From: a virus
Taxonomy: Duplodnaviria; Caudoviricetes
Direction: 5' to 3' (one strand)
Length of the DNA: 48,872 nt
Virus record (IMG/VR): IMGVR_UViG_3300014161_000005
Coordinates: 1 to 48,872 of that record
Each line of letters begins with the position of its first letter. Position 1 is the first letter of the stretch. The notes under the pieces are model-generated. The model saw only the letters and a program-made list of their open reading frames with translations, searched no databases and was not told the origin of the DNA. Below are positions 24,861 to 34,491 of this stretch, piece after piece. Made by a program: the position numbers and the translations under genes.

Positions 24861-25390
24861 GTGGCACCGTGCTCTTTCAGGTACTCGTGCATCCGAAGCG
24901 CGGTATCCTCATTGTCAAGGATGCGGCCAAGAGCATAGTTGCAGAAGCAGCAGATGATGCCCCGCACCTTCCCAGTCGCGTGGTCGTGATCGATTACCGG
25001 AATCACGGTATCGCTATAATTCGTCAGGCACAGAGGGCACGAATCACCGGACGGAAGAGACTCGAACTCCTCTTTCGTTATGCCATACCTGTTCATCACC
25101 GCGCCAAGCCTGATACAACCCTTGCACCACGAAGAGCCGCGATTGCCGCGAACGTAAAAATCCTCGATTGGCTTGCGCTCTTTGCAGTGAATGCAGAGTT
25201 TGATTCCAGCACAAGGTAGTTCGGCCCTCTTAGGAATAAACCGATACCCATCCCTTTTCAACTTGGCCGCACGATCCTTCACTTGCTTTCGAGACAGCCC
25301 ATACTTCGCGGCAATATCTTTGTAGCGCAATCCCGCCAGAATCTCTCCGAGAATGGTCTGCCCGTCTGGACCTTGCACTTGGACGGCCAT
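24851..25390 (-). CDS. Endonuclease VII-family homing endonuclease with an HTH-like N-region
   Basis: CPLC...IDHDHATGKVRGIICCFCN. Confidence 0.88.
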   Translation of the reverse strand: MAVQVQGPDGQTILGEILAGLRYKDIAAKYGLSRKQVKDRAAKLKRDGYRFIPKRAELPCAGIKLCIHCKERKPIEDFYVRGNRGSSWCKGCIRLGAVMNRYGITKEEFESLPSGDSCPLCLTNYSDTVIPVIDHDHATGKVRGIICCFCNYALGRILDNEDTALRMHEYLKEHGATCQ

Positions 25391-26784
25391 TACTTCATAT
25401 CCTCTGGCGAGACAACGATGATTTTCGAGCCGCCCTTTTGCGCTTCGCGGTTCTTCTTCGTTACTGGTCCCTGCGGAGCGGTGATCTGAGGCAACTCCGG
25501 CTTCGATTGATCCGCCATCGTGCGCTGCTCTTTGGAGACTGCTTCCATGCCATCGAGAAGCATCTTCCTGAGCGGATCGGGAAGTTCACCACTCGCGGCT
25601 TTGTCGGCCATCTGCTGAATGTTCATGCCAAAACTGCCGATCTTGAGCGTCAGGTTCAACTCGGCAGCGGTTTTGCGTCCGCCCTTTTGCACGACCGTCG
25701 TGTAGAAGTTCTGGAGTTCGTTGTCAGCCGCAGATTTGTTGCCTGGCTGCGCGTACTGATTCTTGAGCGCCGCGACCGTCTCTTCGGATTGGTCCGCCTG
25801 CGTGTTCAGCGTGCGATAGGTTTGCAGGTCGGAACGATACTGAGCCATGTTCTCTTGAAATTGCTGGCTCATCCCCATCCGCTCAAAGCCAGCGGCAATT
25901 GAACGTGACTGAGCCTGTATGCGCTCATCTTCCTTCTTGTCCTCTTCGGCCTGCTTGTCCTTCTGCGCCTGTTTGATGGTCTGCCAGATTTGCTTCGCTT
26001 CGGGGGGAGCATCGCCGTTCGCGCTCAACTGCGAGGGAAGGTACTGCTTGCCGGTGTCCTGATCCTCCACACCGTAAGCCACGCCGCCCTGCTCAAGAGC
26101 CTTGAGGCCCTTCGGCGCTTTTTCATCTCCCGGCAGTATCGGGACTGCACCTGGAGGAATCTTGCTCGGGTCTTTCGCGTCCAGATACATCTTCGTGCCG
26201 TCCGGTAGCTTGTACGGCTTCATGTCGGGCGTCTTCTCCGCGCCGGGGTCAAGACCGCCCTTGATCCGCGCTGCCGCGTGCGCCTCGGCCGGTGTAAGTT
26301 CGGCAGGATTCGGCGGGGGCGTTCCCTGCGCGTACTGTCCCGCCATCACCTGATTCTGCTGCTGATACTTCGCCGCGTCCTGAGCACGTACCTGTGCGAC
26401 GTGCGCCTTGAGATGGTTCGTGATGTGGAGCTTCGCCAGTAAGTCTCCCGCGCCTGCCTCAACCGGATTCGGGCCTCCAGCCTTCTCGCCGAGAATCCCC
26501 CGCATCTGGCCGATAGTCTGCGTCATGCGGTTGACCGTCTCTTCGTACTCTTTTTCCTTGCCTGTGACGGCCTTTGAGGGATCGTTCGGGTCGGCGTAGA
26601 GGGCGAGGCGCGTCTGGTCTGCCTGGAGAGCCTGAGAAAGGGGTGCCAGAGCGAGTTTCAACTGCTCGCCGCGCTGGTCCTGACGCTGCTGCTGCCACTG
26701 ACCAACTTCCTTTTGAGCGTCGGGAGCATCGGCCGCTCCCGCAAATCCCCGCACCGCTTTTGCCAAAACATCAGATGCGCTCAT
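25390..26784 (-). CDS. DNA ejection / internal virion protein
   Basis: 464 aa, Q/A-rich helical protein in the ejection cluster. Confidence 0.65.
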   Translation of the reverse strand: MSASDVLAKAVRGFAGAADAPDAQKEVGQWQQQRQDQRGEQLKLALAPLSQALQADQTRLALYADPNDPSKAVTGKEKEYEETVNRMTQTIGQMRGILGEKAGGPNPVEAGAGDLLAKLHITNHLKAHVAQVRAQDAAKYQQQNQVMAGQYAQGTPPPNPAELTPAEAHAAARIKGGLDPGAEKTPDMKPYKLPDGTKMYLDAKDPSKIPPGAVPILPGDEKAPKGLKALEQGGVAYGVEDQDTGKQYLPSQLSANGDAPPEAKQIWQTIKQAQKDKQAEEDKKEDERIQAQSRSIAAGFERMGMSQQFQENMAQYRSDLQTYRTLNTQADQSEETVAALKNQYAQPGNKSAADNELQNFYTTVVQKGGRKTAAELNLTLKIGSFGMNIQQMADKAASGELPDPLRKMLLDGMEAVSKEQRTMADQSKPELPQITAPQGPVTKKNREAQKGGSKIIVVSPEDMK

Positions 26785-27326
26785 TGTATAGACCTCTTCA
26801 GATACGCTAAAGCCTTGGACACACCCTCAGCGGAATCCCCTAACTGACCTATAGCAGAATTACATTTGAAACACAGCCATCCTCGAAACGCCTTTGTTTG
26901 GTGACAGTGATCTAGGTGTAGTCGCTTCCCACTTCTCGGTGCCCCACAACACTCACAATTCATCGGCATGGGACGAGTGGGGTTCTTTACTCCACCCTTC
27001 CCCCACCTGCGATTCCGCGAAGCAATCCTAACCGACTCCCTTGCTTTTTCAGACCTATTCTGAAAACGAACGCATTCGACACAATTTCCATTCTTAACGT
27101 AACGCTTTGTGTGTCCGTACTTTTTACAGGGAGCACCCGTATAGATGCCTGCGGAACCAACACCCTCAGAACTATGAGATTGCGCACGCTTAATGCGTTT
27201 TTCTTGAATCTTCTCCTTATTCTGAAGATAATATTTGCGGCCGCGCTCTATCAACTTAGCTAGACAGGCATCTGCTGGCATGCGGTGCCCCTGGTTCCAC
27301 GGCGTACTCCCACTAACAAATGGCAT
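26781..27326 (-). CDS. Endonuclease VII-family homing endonuclease
   Basis: CECCG...LHLDHCHQTKAFRGWLCFKCN; PCKKYGH..RY...GNCVEC module; low GC. Confidence 0.88.
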   Translation of the reverse strand: MPFVSGSTPWNQGHRMPADACLAKLIERGRKYYLQNKEKIQEKRIKRAQSHSSEGVGSAGIYTGAPCKKYGHTKRYVKNGNCVECVRFQNRSEKARESVRIASRNRRWGKGGVKNPTRPMPMNCECCGAPRSGKRLHLDHCHQTKAFRGWLCFKCNSAIGQLGDSAEGVSKALAYLKRSIQ

Positions 27327-27337
27327 TTATCCATCCC

Positions 27338-27367
27338 CCCTTTCGCTGCTACGTCTGCGAATGACAT
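27338..27367 (-). pseudogene. Orphan original 5' end (MSFADVAAKG) of the 26784 ejection gene
   Basis: GGGAG RBS plus ATG 27367; resembles MSASDVLAKA. Confidence 0.55.
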
Positions 27368-27376
27368 ATAACTCCC

Positions 27377-27976
27377 TTATGCGTGTGGACCAAGCATCCA
27401 TGACAGCGAATCTGGTGCCGGGTTCCCGCCGCCCGTCTTGCCACCAATTCCCGGAATTACTCCGCTCAGCGATGCTCCGCCCGTGAACGGAGCCGCCGCA
27501 AAAGAAGCAATGCTCTTGAGAATGTCGTTCCACTTCGCGGCCTGCTGCTCCTGCATCGTCTTCGCTTCACCGAATCCCGCCTGATCGCCTTCCAATCCAA
27601 GGCCAGTCAAAGCAGTCCCCGTGGACGCCAGAGAGGATGCTGCGGCATTTGTCGCGCTCCCAGTCAGATTCGTAATGTCGCTCCGCCCCGCAGTGTCGAT
27701 TCCCGCAACCGTTGCGGTGCTCCCCCCGGAGCGGTTGCCGAACTGCGCAGTGGTGTCCTTGGCCTGCTCGTTCCGGCCCCGGATTGCGCTGATCTGCGGG
27801 GCAAGCGCCTGAGCAACCTTAGTCGGGTCACCGGAAAGCAGGCCGCGCATAAAGTCAGAGGATGCAGTGAGATCGCCTTCGCCCTGGCTGGTCGCAAAGG
27901 CGCTCCCGGCAGTCAGATTGTTGTACTGCGACTGTTCCTGTCCCGTTACGCCTTCGCCAATCCCGAACATCTGCAT
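27377..27976 (-). CDS. Small ejection (pilot) protein
   Basis: G/A/S/Q-rich; AGGAGGT RBS; C-terminal AAAPFTGGAS. Confidence 0.65.
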   Translation of the reverse strand: MQMFGIGEGVTGQEQSQYNNLTAGSAFATSQGEGDLTASSDFMRGLLSGDPTKVAQALAPQISAIRGRNEQAKDTTAQFGNRSGGSTATVAGIDTAGRSDITNLTGSATNAAASSLASTGTALTGLGLEGDQAGFGEAKTMQEQQAAKWNDILKSIASFAAAPFTGGASLSGVIPGIGGKTGGGNPAPDSLSWMLGPHA

Positions 27977-28015
27977 ACCTCCTACTTAGAATACCCCTTA
28001 TCCTTCCAACGCGCA

Positions 28016-29455
28016 TTATTCAAAGTACACGCTCGCTGCTTCTCCACTAAAACCCCCGCCTATCGAAGCCCCGACTGTCGTTACCGCCGTCTCAGCCTGG
28101 CTGCCAACCGCAGTAACTGCTCCAGGTAAAGCTGTTACGGCGGCTCCGTCCAGCAAAACAGATGAATCACCAGACCCAATCACGGTTCCGGCATCTGTAG
28201 CTGTGCCAGCGCCTGTAAGCGATAAATCAGCCTCGCCGGTTTCCGTCAGAATGCCCGGAGTAGCCGTTGCACCTGCCCCGGTGAGCGCCAACGATGCCTC
28301 AGCGGTCGGAGTCACGGTCCCCGCGCGGGATGTCGCTCCAGTCCCCGAAAGCCCTGTAGAGCCTGCGCCAGATTCCGTAACTGAGCCGGGAGCACTGGTG
28401 ACGATCGCGCCGGAGAGTGTTGTCGAGGATGCCCCACTCTCGGTTAGAGCACCCGCATTGCTTGTGCTGCTCGCGCCCGTCAGAGTCTTGCTTGCGGCCC
28501 CTGTTTCTGTGAGTGTTCCCGCACTAGTGGTCAGACTCGCGCCAGTCAGGGTAGACGTGCCGCCGCCATTCAGCGTCAGCGTTCCGGCTCCAGTTACCGC
28601 CCCTGCGCCGGATAGGGTCTTGGCCGCCGCACCGCTCTCGGTGAGCGTTCCCGGACTTCCTGAAACAGCAGCGCCAGAAAGCGTGTATGCCGATGCGCCA
28701 GTCTCAGTGATAGTTCCCGCAGCCGTAGTGCAGCGCGCGCCGGTAAGATTCACCGACGCAGGGCTACTGGCAGTGGCAATTACGATTCCAGCGGCCAGCG
28801 TGATCGCCGCGCCTACCAAAGCCACAACCGCCGCGCCTGATTTAGTCACCGCGCCCGGTGCTGATGTTGCGGACGCTCCGGTCAGGGTAACGGATGCAGG
28901 AACGTTGTAAGTGATTGTGATAGTTACGTTGTCTTGCAGGAGCGTATTGTTTGGCGAGCCAGTACTGCCAGTCTTGACGGCTCCATTCAGTTGCAGGGTA
29001 ACGTTCGTAGTCGCAGCTTGCTGCCCAGCGGCAATGGCCTGGTTCAATGATCCCGGAGAGCGGGTTACCCACGAACTATCGATGGCAGTGTAGGTACGCC
29101 CAGCCACAAGGGTGAGCAGTACAGAACCGCCAGCGCTTGAGCGTAATTCCAAGGGCCCATCAGTCGATGAGGCTCCGACGGTGTAAGTGTTGCATTTCCC
29201 GTCGTAGTGATCGCCGGAAACCAGAATGTTGGTGACTACCGCGCCAGTTGGGATGCCGAAAAGCGCTGCCCATGTTCCACTTATGTACCAGTAGCCCGTG
29301 CCATTCCCGCTGTGCCCGGTTGTAATGTTGCCTAGAGAGCCTGCTGGATTGCCTAACCCACTCTGGTAAGTAGTGGCGTTGCCCGTGCCAACGGGAACTC
29401 CTGTCCACCCTGACGAGGTGGTTGCGAACGCCCAGGTTTGAGTAATTGTCGCCAT
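28016..29455 (-). CDS. Fibre protein with ~12 x 22-aa repeats
   Basis: xxxxTLTGAxxTxxxGTLTExG repeats. Confidence 0.75.
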   Translation of the reverse strand: MATITQTWAFATTSSGWTGVPVGTGNATTYQSGLGNPAGSLGNITTGHSGNGTGYWYISGTWAALFGIPTGAVVTNILVSGDHYDGKCNTYTVGASSTDGPLELRSSAGGSVLLTLVAGRTYTAIDSSWVTRSPGSLNQAIAAGQQAATTNVTLQLNGAVKTGSTGSPNNTLLQDNVTITITYNVPASVTLTGASATSAPGAVTKSGAAVVALVGAAITLAAGIVIATASSPASVNLTGARCTTAAGTITETGASAYTLSGAAVSGSPGTLTESGAAAKTLSGAGAVTGAGTLTLNGGGTSTLTGASLTTSAGTLTETGAASKTLTGASSTSNAGALTESGASSTTLSGAIVTSAPGSVTESGAGSTGLSGTGATSRAGTVTPTAEASLALTGAGATATPGILTETGEADLSLTGAGTATDAGTVIGSGDSSVLLDGAAVTALPGAVTAVGSQAETAVTTVGASIGGGFSGEAASVYFE

Positions 29456-29461
29456 GATTCC

Positions 29462-29929
29462 TTACGCAACTTGAACGAGCGACGTAGCCGCGCCGGGTGT
29501 GGGTAGATTGACGGTGAAGGTTGCGCCCGTGCTCGCGACCGTTCCACCAAAGTCGAACACGCCAACCACGTCCCCAGAAACTGATGCATAGACCACAGCA
29601 CAGATTGCTGAGATCGTCGCTGTTGACCATGTCACAGGAGACGTGAAGGTGGCAGTTCCAGTGGTGGAATACAGCGTCACCGCTCCACCAGCAAGCGTGG
29701 CTCCGCCCGAGGAGTAGCCTGCGCCGCTGGCTTCGTCAGTTCCGACGTTGGTTGTAGAAGGCGCGCCAGTTCCAGGCGTACCAACATTTGTGAGTGCGTT
29801 GTCATAGGTGCCTGTTGCTCCAACTTTGATGAGCAGCATCTTGTAGGTGAGCGGGCTGCTTCCGGCGATGTTCACCTTGCCGTTGAGCGCATCCATCTTG
29901 AACTGCGTGCTGAGTGATGTCGTTGGCAT
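29462..29929 (-). CDS. Virion fibre-associated structural protein
   Basis: FK...DEASGAGYSSGG...DFGG...GATFTV pattern common in phage structural genes. Confidence 0.65.
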   Translation of the reverse strand: MPTTSLSTQFKMDALNGKVNIAGSSPLTYKMLLIKVGATGTYDNALTNVGTPGTGAPSTTNVGTDEASGAGYSSGGATLAGGAVTLYSTTGTATFTSPVTWSTATISAICAVVYASVSGDVVGVFDFGGTVASTGATFTVNLPTPGAATSLVQVA

Positions 29930-29939
29930 GTGTTACTCC

Positions 29940-30818
29940 TTATGGTTTGCTAACCTGAATTTGAACTGAAATCTGAGTACATCCACTTGCGGAAAGCAGC
30001 TTGAATGCAAGCGTGCCGTTTGCTGTCAAGGCTGTTGCCCACGCGGAAACTGCGGTCGATTCGGCAATCTGCGCTGTTGCAAGGGTGACAGGCGTTGAAT
30101 CGGTGATGATGTCCGTTACTGGGTCCGGTATCGTTGCCCCTGCCGAGAAGCAGAGTGCCATCTGTACCGATCCAACTGCGTTGCCGATGATGCTCCAGCC
30201 CGTAATCGTGCAATTATAGGGGACTGTCACATAGCCTTTGATTCCAAGGGTAGGGGGACTGCCCGCCCCATCCATCGTAATACCAAATACGCCCGTTCCG
30301 CCTGTTGCTGTAATTGTGACAATCCCCGTTCCGCCAACAGGAGAAATTGATATGCCAGAACCTGCAACGATCTGATTGACGAGCGACGGCAGTACCGCCG
30401 TTCCTGAATACACCAGCCAGTTCCGCGCCGAGAAGAATACCTGTGCCCCCTGCCCCGATAATAGTGCTAAACTTGCTACGCCATTCACCGTCCCCGAAGT
30501 CGGAGTCAGCGTGATGGCTCCGGTGCCCAAGTTCAGAATCGTGCAGGTAAAATTCGTGTTCACCGCTGAGTTCAGCGTCACTGCCACCGCCGACGCGGTA
30601 TTGAAAATGACGATGCCCTGATAGTCGGTGTTCTGGACGGTGTAAGACGTGGCTGCCTGCGTGTTGATGCCCGAAGCGAACGCTCCCTGAGCATAGCTGG
30701 AATTTGTCGCCGCCGTCGATCCAGTGTTGGGGGAGGTCGTACCGATGGGCGAAGTGCCTTCCCGCGAAGGAATCAGCACCGGCTCATTAACGGTGTTGAA
30801 GTCCAGTATCGCCACCAT
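29940..30818 (-). CDS. Tail fibre-like structural protein
   Basis: Thr/Gly/Ser-rich beta protein; IVAGSGISIS repeat-like motif. Confidence 0.65.
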   Translation of the reverse strand: MVAILDFNTVNEPVLIPSREGTSPIGTTSPNTGSTAATNSSYAQGAFASGINTQAATSYTVQNTDYQGIVIFNTASAVAVTLNSAVNTNFTCTILNLGTGAITLTPTSGTVNGVASLALLSGQGAQVFFSARNWLVYSGTAVLPSLVNQIVAGSGISISPVGGTGIVTITATGGTGVFGITMDGAGSPPTLGIKGYVTVPYNCTITGWSIIGNAVGSVQMALCFSAGATIPDPVTDIITDSTPVTLATAQIAESTAVSAWATALTANGTLAFKLLSASGCTQISVQIQVSKP

Positions 30819-31007
30819 CTACTTCTTCCCCTGCAAGGCTTTTACCTGAGCCTGCAACGCGTTAACCTGCGAAGTCAGAGACTCGTTCGCCTGCCGTAAA
30901 TCCGTGATCCCATCATCGTGATCCTGAAGCGCCTGCCGAACGGTCGGATGGACACTTTTGTCTACGTTCACCGGAACGCGGAAACTGACTGGATTCTGAG
31001 TACTCAT
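30819..31007 (-). CDS. Small coiled-coil structural protein
   Basis: 62 aa; coupled to neighbours. Confidence 0.6.
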   Translation of the reverse strand: MSTQNPVSFRVPVNVDKSVHPTVRQALQDHDDGITDLRQANESLTSQVNALQAQVKALQGKK

Positions 31008-34000
31008 CCTTGGCTACCCCCGCCGCCCGACGGCTCAAAGAACTGCACCAGCCGGTACTCGGTCGTCGAATCCCACTGCATTACATTCCCCGCGAAGCCG
31101 TCGAGATACATCTGCATCCCAGCATCCTGTGTCTGGACCTGCACCTGCAACCACTTCCACTTGTTAGCCGTCACCGTCACCGTCGCCTTGGTGGGATTCC
31201 CGCCCGTGGAAGGCAGCGTCACCGGCGCTGGCGCATAGCTGCCGTTCCCTGAGTCAGCCGCGATAAAGGAAAGCGTCACAGAGCCCGTCGACGTGTACTC
31301 CACGCTGAGTTGATAGATGTGCTGCCAGCCACGCGCACCGACCGCCGGGGTAATGACCGTGCCCGTCACCGCTTCCGCGCCGCCGCTGGAGAACTGCCGG
31401 ATGGTGTGATCGGCGCAGCCCACCAACACCCCCTGAGTGCCTGGCCCTTGGTTCGATGTGTGCGTCGTCGCCGCCGGAGTCGACTCGTCCGGCACCCAAC
31501 CCATTGCATTGATGTTGAATACGAGAGTGTGAGGCTCATTATCCGTACCCGTGTAGTCGTAATAGAGCCAGTTGTCCACGATGCCGAATTGTTGGAGTTG
31601 GGGCTGCGTGTCATCTGGTGGGTAAATTGTGAATCCATTTCTCGTAATGGGTTGGGGTGCCGATCCTTCGTGGCGGAATAATGGATATAAATCTTGATCC
31701 GTGATTGACTCCGACCCCTGCCCGCCGAGGGAGAAGTGAATCCCATCGTCTACCCGGAAGAATGTCTTGCCGCTGCCCTCAACCGCCAGACACCGGGGAA
31801 TGAACAAGCCCCGGCTGATGCCCGTCGACCGGAAGCTCCACGTACTGCCACTCGTCCCCGTCGCCGTCGCCTGAGCATTGAAGAAGTTCGGCACCATGAT
31901 CCATGCTCGCTTGATCGAGAACACGATTGCGTACCCGCTCGACATGGCTCCGTTCACCAAAATCTCGGATGGGTCAGTCAAATCCTGCTGGTTCGTGTCC
32001 GGGGCAGAGTCTAGATTATTGCCCTTGCACCAGCGAATCTTTCCGTCCTTCCCCGTAACGCCGCACATGTAAGGGATATTGTCTGTCGGGCCAAACAGGT
32101 AAGGAACCGGCTCCTGCGCCAGTATCGGCTCGGCAATGTTATACGGTACCCCGGCCCCGCCAGCGTCTCCTATGGTGTCTGGAACGTCAGGAATCACGAT
32201 CTCAGTCGTAGAAATGGGCCTTGCCACCAGCGAGTAAGCGTTCTGCGTCGGAGAGCCGATCAGCATCAGCGTCCCCGGCAGCCAGCGCACATCGAACTTG
32301 TCGCCAGACTTCCACGTAACCACTCCAGCCACGATGGTGACGATTCCAGACTTCGGGGTGTCGATGGACGGAAACGGCTCGAAGTCGTCGCGGTTCATCG
32401 TCGGATTCAGCGCCGCCGCCAAGTCGTCGAGCGTATCCTCGATTGCCGTGTTGTAGACCACGCCGTTGATCGTCCCGCCCAGCCCGTCATTCGGCCCGGT
32501 CGCCACATAGGTTGGGTCGGCAAGCGCATCGTCCTGCCGATAGCAGTCCCACTTCGTTACCTGGGGATCGTTCGACCACGGCATCAGGATCGTGTTGGCC
32601 AGAACCGGCGTCTGCTGATTCGGGGAGTTTGGCCCTGGATTTGACTGCGCTCCGGTTTCGGCAGCGCGATACTTTCCCCAATACTGGACGTTCGTTCTCA
32701 CGCCCTGCGGAAGTGGAGGAATAACCGCCACGCCCGCGCCAGCGGTAGGAGCCATTTCAACGGTCAACACCCGGCCAGTGTGATACCAATAATTCCAATC
32801 AATCTCAATGGGATAGATGCCAAGCGCGGGAAACGTTACATTGATGCTCGTGGTGTGGTTCCCACCTTCCCCGTCCGGCGTCGATACAAAGAGCAACGGC
32901 AACGCGCTGACTACGGTCTCCGACTGGCCCGAATATCCATAAACCGCTCCACCTGTCGAAGTTGCTCCGCCACCGATGCCGACCATGATCTGATCTTTGT
33001 AATTGAATTGCATCGCGTAAGTTCCGCCAGCGGGCACGAAAATCGACCCGACAACCGAGGCGTTGAAGTCCTGATACCCCTCCGACTCCAGCGCGGGAGA
33101 GAATAGATCGATGGACCCAACAGTCGAGCCCGTTGAATCCAGTGTTGACCAGATCACCGGGACTGTGCCATCTTCAGGCGTGGAATCGAAGATCAGTGAG
33201 TTGTTTGTCGCCGACGCCGATGCCGTGCCGATGGTCTTTGCAATGCCAGTTCCACCGTCTGCCGTGTTTCTCCAGATGTAGTCGGCCACCGGCCCGGAGT
33301 GCGGAGAGTCGCCCCACACATACGCCGTCATCAGGCCAACGATCGATGCCACCTGCGTGATCGAGGAAGTCGAAACCACCGCCTCCACGAGATAGGAGCC
33401 GGAGTTGGCGGAGAACGTCCCCCCTTGCGAGTTGATGCCGATCTGGAGTTGCGCGGCGCCCACCGGGACCGTGAGGGTAGCCGAGGCTCCTACGTTGCCC
33501 ACCACGGGCGGGGTGCCGCCAGTAGCTTCCGCCACGATGTTCCCGTCAGCATCCGTGAAAGCAAAGACAACGATCTTGGCCGCCGCAATGAAGTCGCCGG
33601 GGTAGTTGGCCGAGGTCGAACCCGCATCCCCCGGAGCATGAGACAATCCGTTCACCGTCGCCGTGCCAGTCACCGTCAGAGTCACGGTCGAGCCCGAAAT
33701 CGGCGTCAGGATGGTAGTGGGATAGGGCGGCTGATTGTCCGTCCCGGTGTAGTTGTAGTCGGCGTTTACCCCGGAGATATTCGTCCACGGCGGAGTCGTT
33801 GCCGGAAGGGTCAGCCATTCAGTGATGTTTACCGTGTTGATTCCTACGATGGGAGGCACTTGCGGCTCTTTAATGCCCATCTTGCGAGAAACATTACTGG
33901 GCAAAATTTTTACCATTCCAGCGCAAGTGAACCCACCTGTAACCGTGACGGAACCAGCGGCAGCCGAGTCACCCACATACATGACTGCCTCAGTAGAAGT

Positions 34001-34297
34001 ATTAGGACGAAAAGGGGTCATGGAAACTGGGTTCCCGCTTAGACCCGTAACGACACTAGTTCCGTTACTGTAGACGGTTCCATCGGAGTCTGACGCGAAG
34101 ATGATGTACCCGGAAATGGTGTTCATTCGCTGAATCGAGCGCACCACGGCGGCAAGGGTGTAGATCGCCCCAGTCAGCTTATTGCGGAGCGCAAAGCCGC
34201 CTCTGAGGTAGGCCCGAACGTTCGATGTCCAGGCGCAGAATCCCGCCGCGATCCTGTTGACCGGGTGTGTCGCGTCGAGTCCGTGGAACTCTGCCAT
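31004..34297 (-). CDS. Tail nozzle / stabilisation protein (P22 gp10-like position) with a PA14-like insert
   Basis: 1097-aa beta-rich protein. FHGLD...NVR N-terminus; GSIFVPAGGTY...YPIEIDW insert. Confidence 0.6.
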   Translation of the reverse strand: MAEFHGLDATHPVNRIAAGFCAWTSNVRAYLRGGFALRNKLTGAIYTLAAVVRSIQRMNTISGYIIFASDSDGTVYSNGTSVVTGLSGNPVSMTPFRPNTSTEAVMYVGDSAAAGSVTVTGGFTCAGMVKILPSNVSRKMGIKEPQVPPIVGINTVNITEWLTLPATTPPWTNISGVNADYNYTGTDNQPPYPTTILTPISGSTVTLTVTGTATVNGLSHAPGDAGSTSANYPGDFIAAAKIVVFAFTDADGNIVAEATGGTPPVVGNVGASATLTVPVGAAQLQIGINSQGGTFSANSGSYLVEAVVSTSSITQVASIVGLMTAYVWGDSPHSGPVADYIWRNTADGGTGIAKTIGTASASATNNSLIFDSTPEDGTVPVIWSTLDSTGSTVGSIDLFSPALESEGYQDFNASVVGSIFVPAGGTYAMQFNYKDQIMVGIGGGATSTGGAVYGYSGQSETVVSALPLLFVSTPDGEGGNHTTSINVTFPALGIYPIEIDWNYWYHTGRVLTVEMAPTAGAGVAVIPPLPQGVRTNVQYWGKYRAAETGAQSNPGPNSPNQQTPVLANTILMPWSNDPQVTKWDCYRQDDALADPTYVATGPNDGLGGTINGVVYNTAIEDTLDDLAAALNPTMNRDDFEPFPSIDTPKSGIVTIVAGVVTWKSGDKFDVRWLPGTLMLIGSPTQNAYSLVARPISTTEIVIPDVPDTIGDAGGAGVPYNIAEPILAQEPVPYLFGPTDNIPYMCGVTGKDGKIRWCKGNNLDSAPDTNQQDLTDPSEILVNGAMSSGYAIVFSIKRAWIMVPNFFNAQATATGTSGSTWSFRSTGISRGLFIPRCLAVEGSGKTFFRVDDGIHFSLGGQGSESITDQDLYPLFRHEGSAPQPITRNGFTIYPPDDTQPQLQQFGIVDNWLYYDYTGTDNEPHTLVFNINAMGWVPDESTPAATTHTSNQGPGTQGVLVGCADHTIRQFSSGGAEAVTGTVITPAVGARGWQHIYQLSVEYTSTGSVTLSFIAADSGNGSYAPAPVTLPSTGGNPTKATVTVTANKWKWLQVQVQTQDAGMQMYLDGFAGNVMQWDSTTEYRLVQFFEPSGGGGSQG

Positions 34298-34299
34298 GA

Positions 34300-34491
34300 C
34301 TATCGCTTTCCTGATGCCTTCTTGCGAGTACCCTTTAATTCGCCTCTGCGCTTCTTCGAGAAGTAGATGGCGACGGCCTGTTTATTCGCCACTTTCGTCC
34401 CATGCTTCCTCTTCGTCTTGGCGTAGGTCTTGCCCTCATGGATTTCCTTGAAGGCTGCTTCCCTGCTTGCCGTGTCACGCTGATTGCTCAT
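34300..34491 (-). CDS. Small basic protein
   Basis: KQAVAIYFSKKRR, K/R-rich; GGAGG RBS. Confidence 0.65.
   Translation of the reverse strand: MSNQRDTASREAAFKEIHEGKTYAKTKRKHGTKVANKQAVAIYFSKKRRGELKGTRKKASGKR

Noticed and set aside
24851-27367. Group I introns housing the Endo VII genes
   Set aside because: The ORFs fill essentially the whole inserts, leaving no room for a ribozyme core, and the downstream genes have their own starts.
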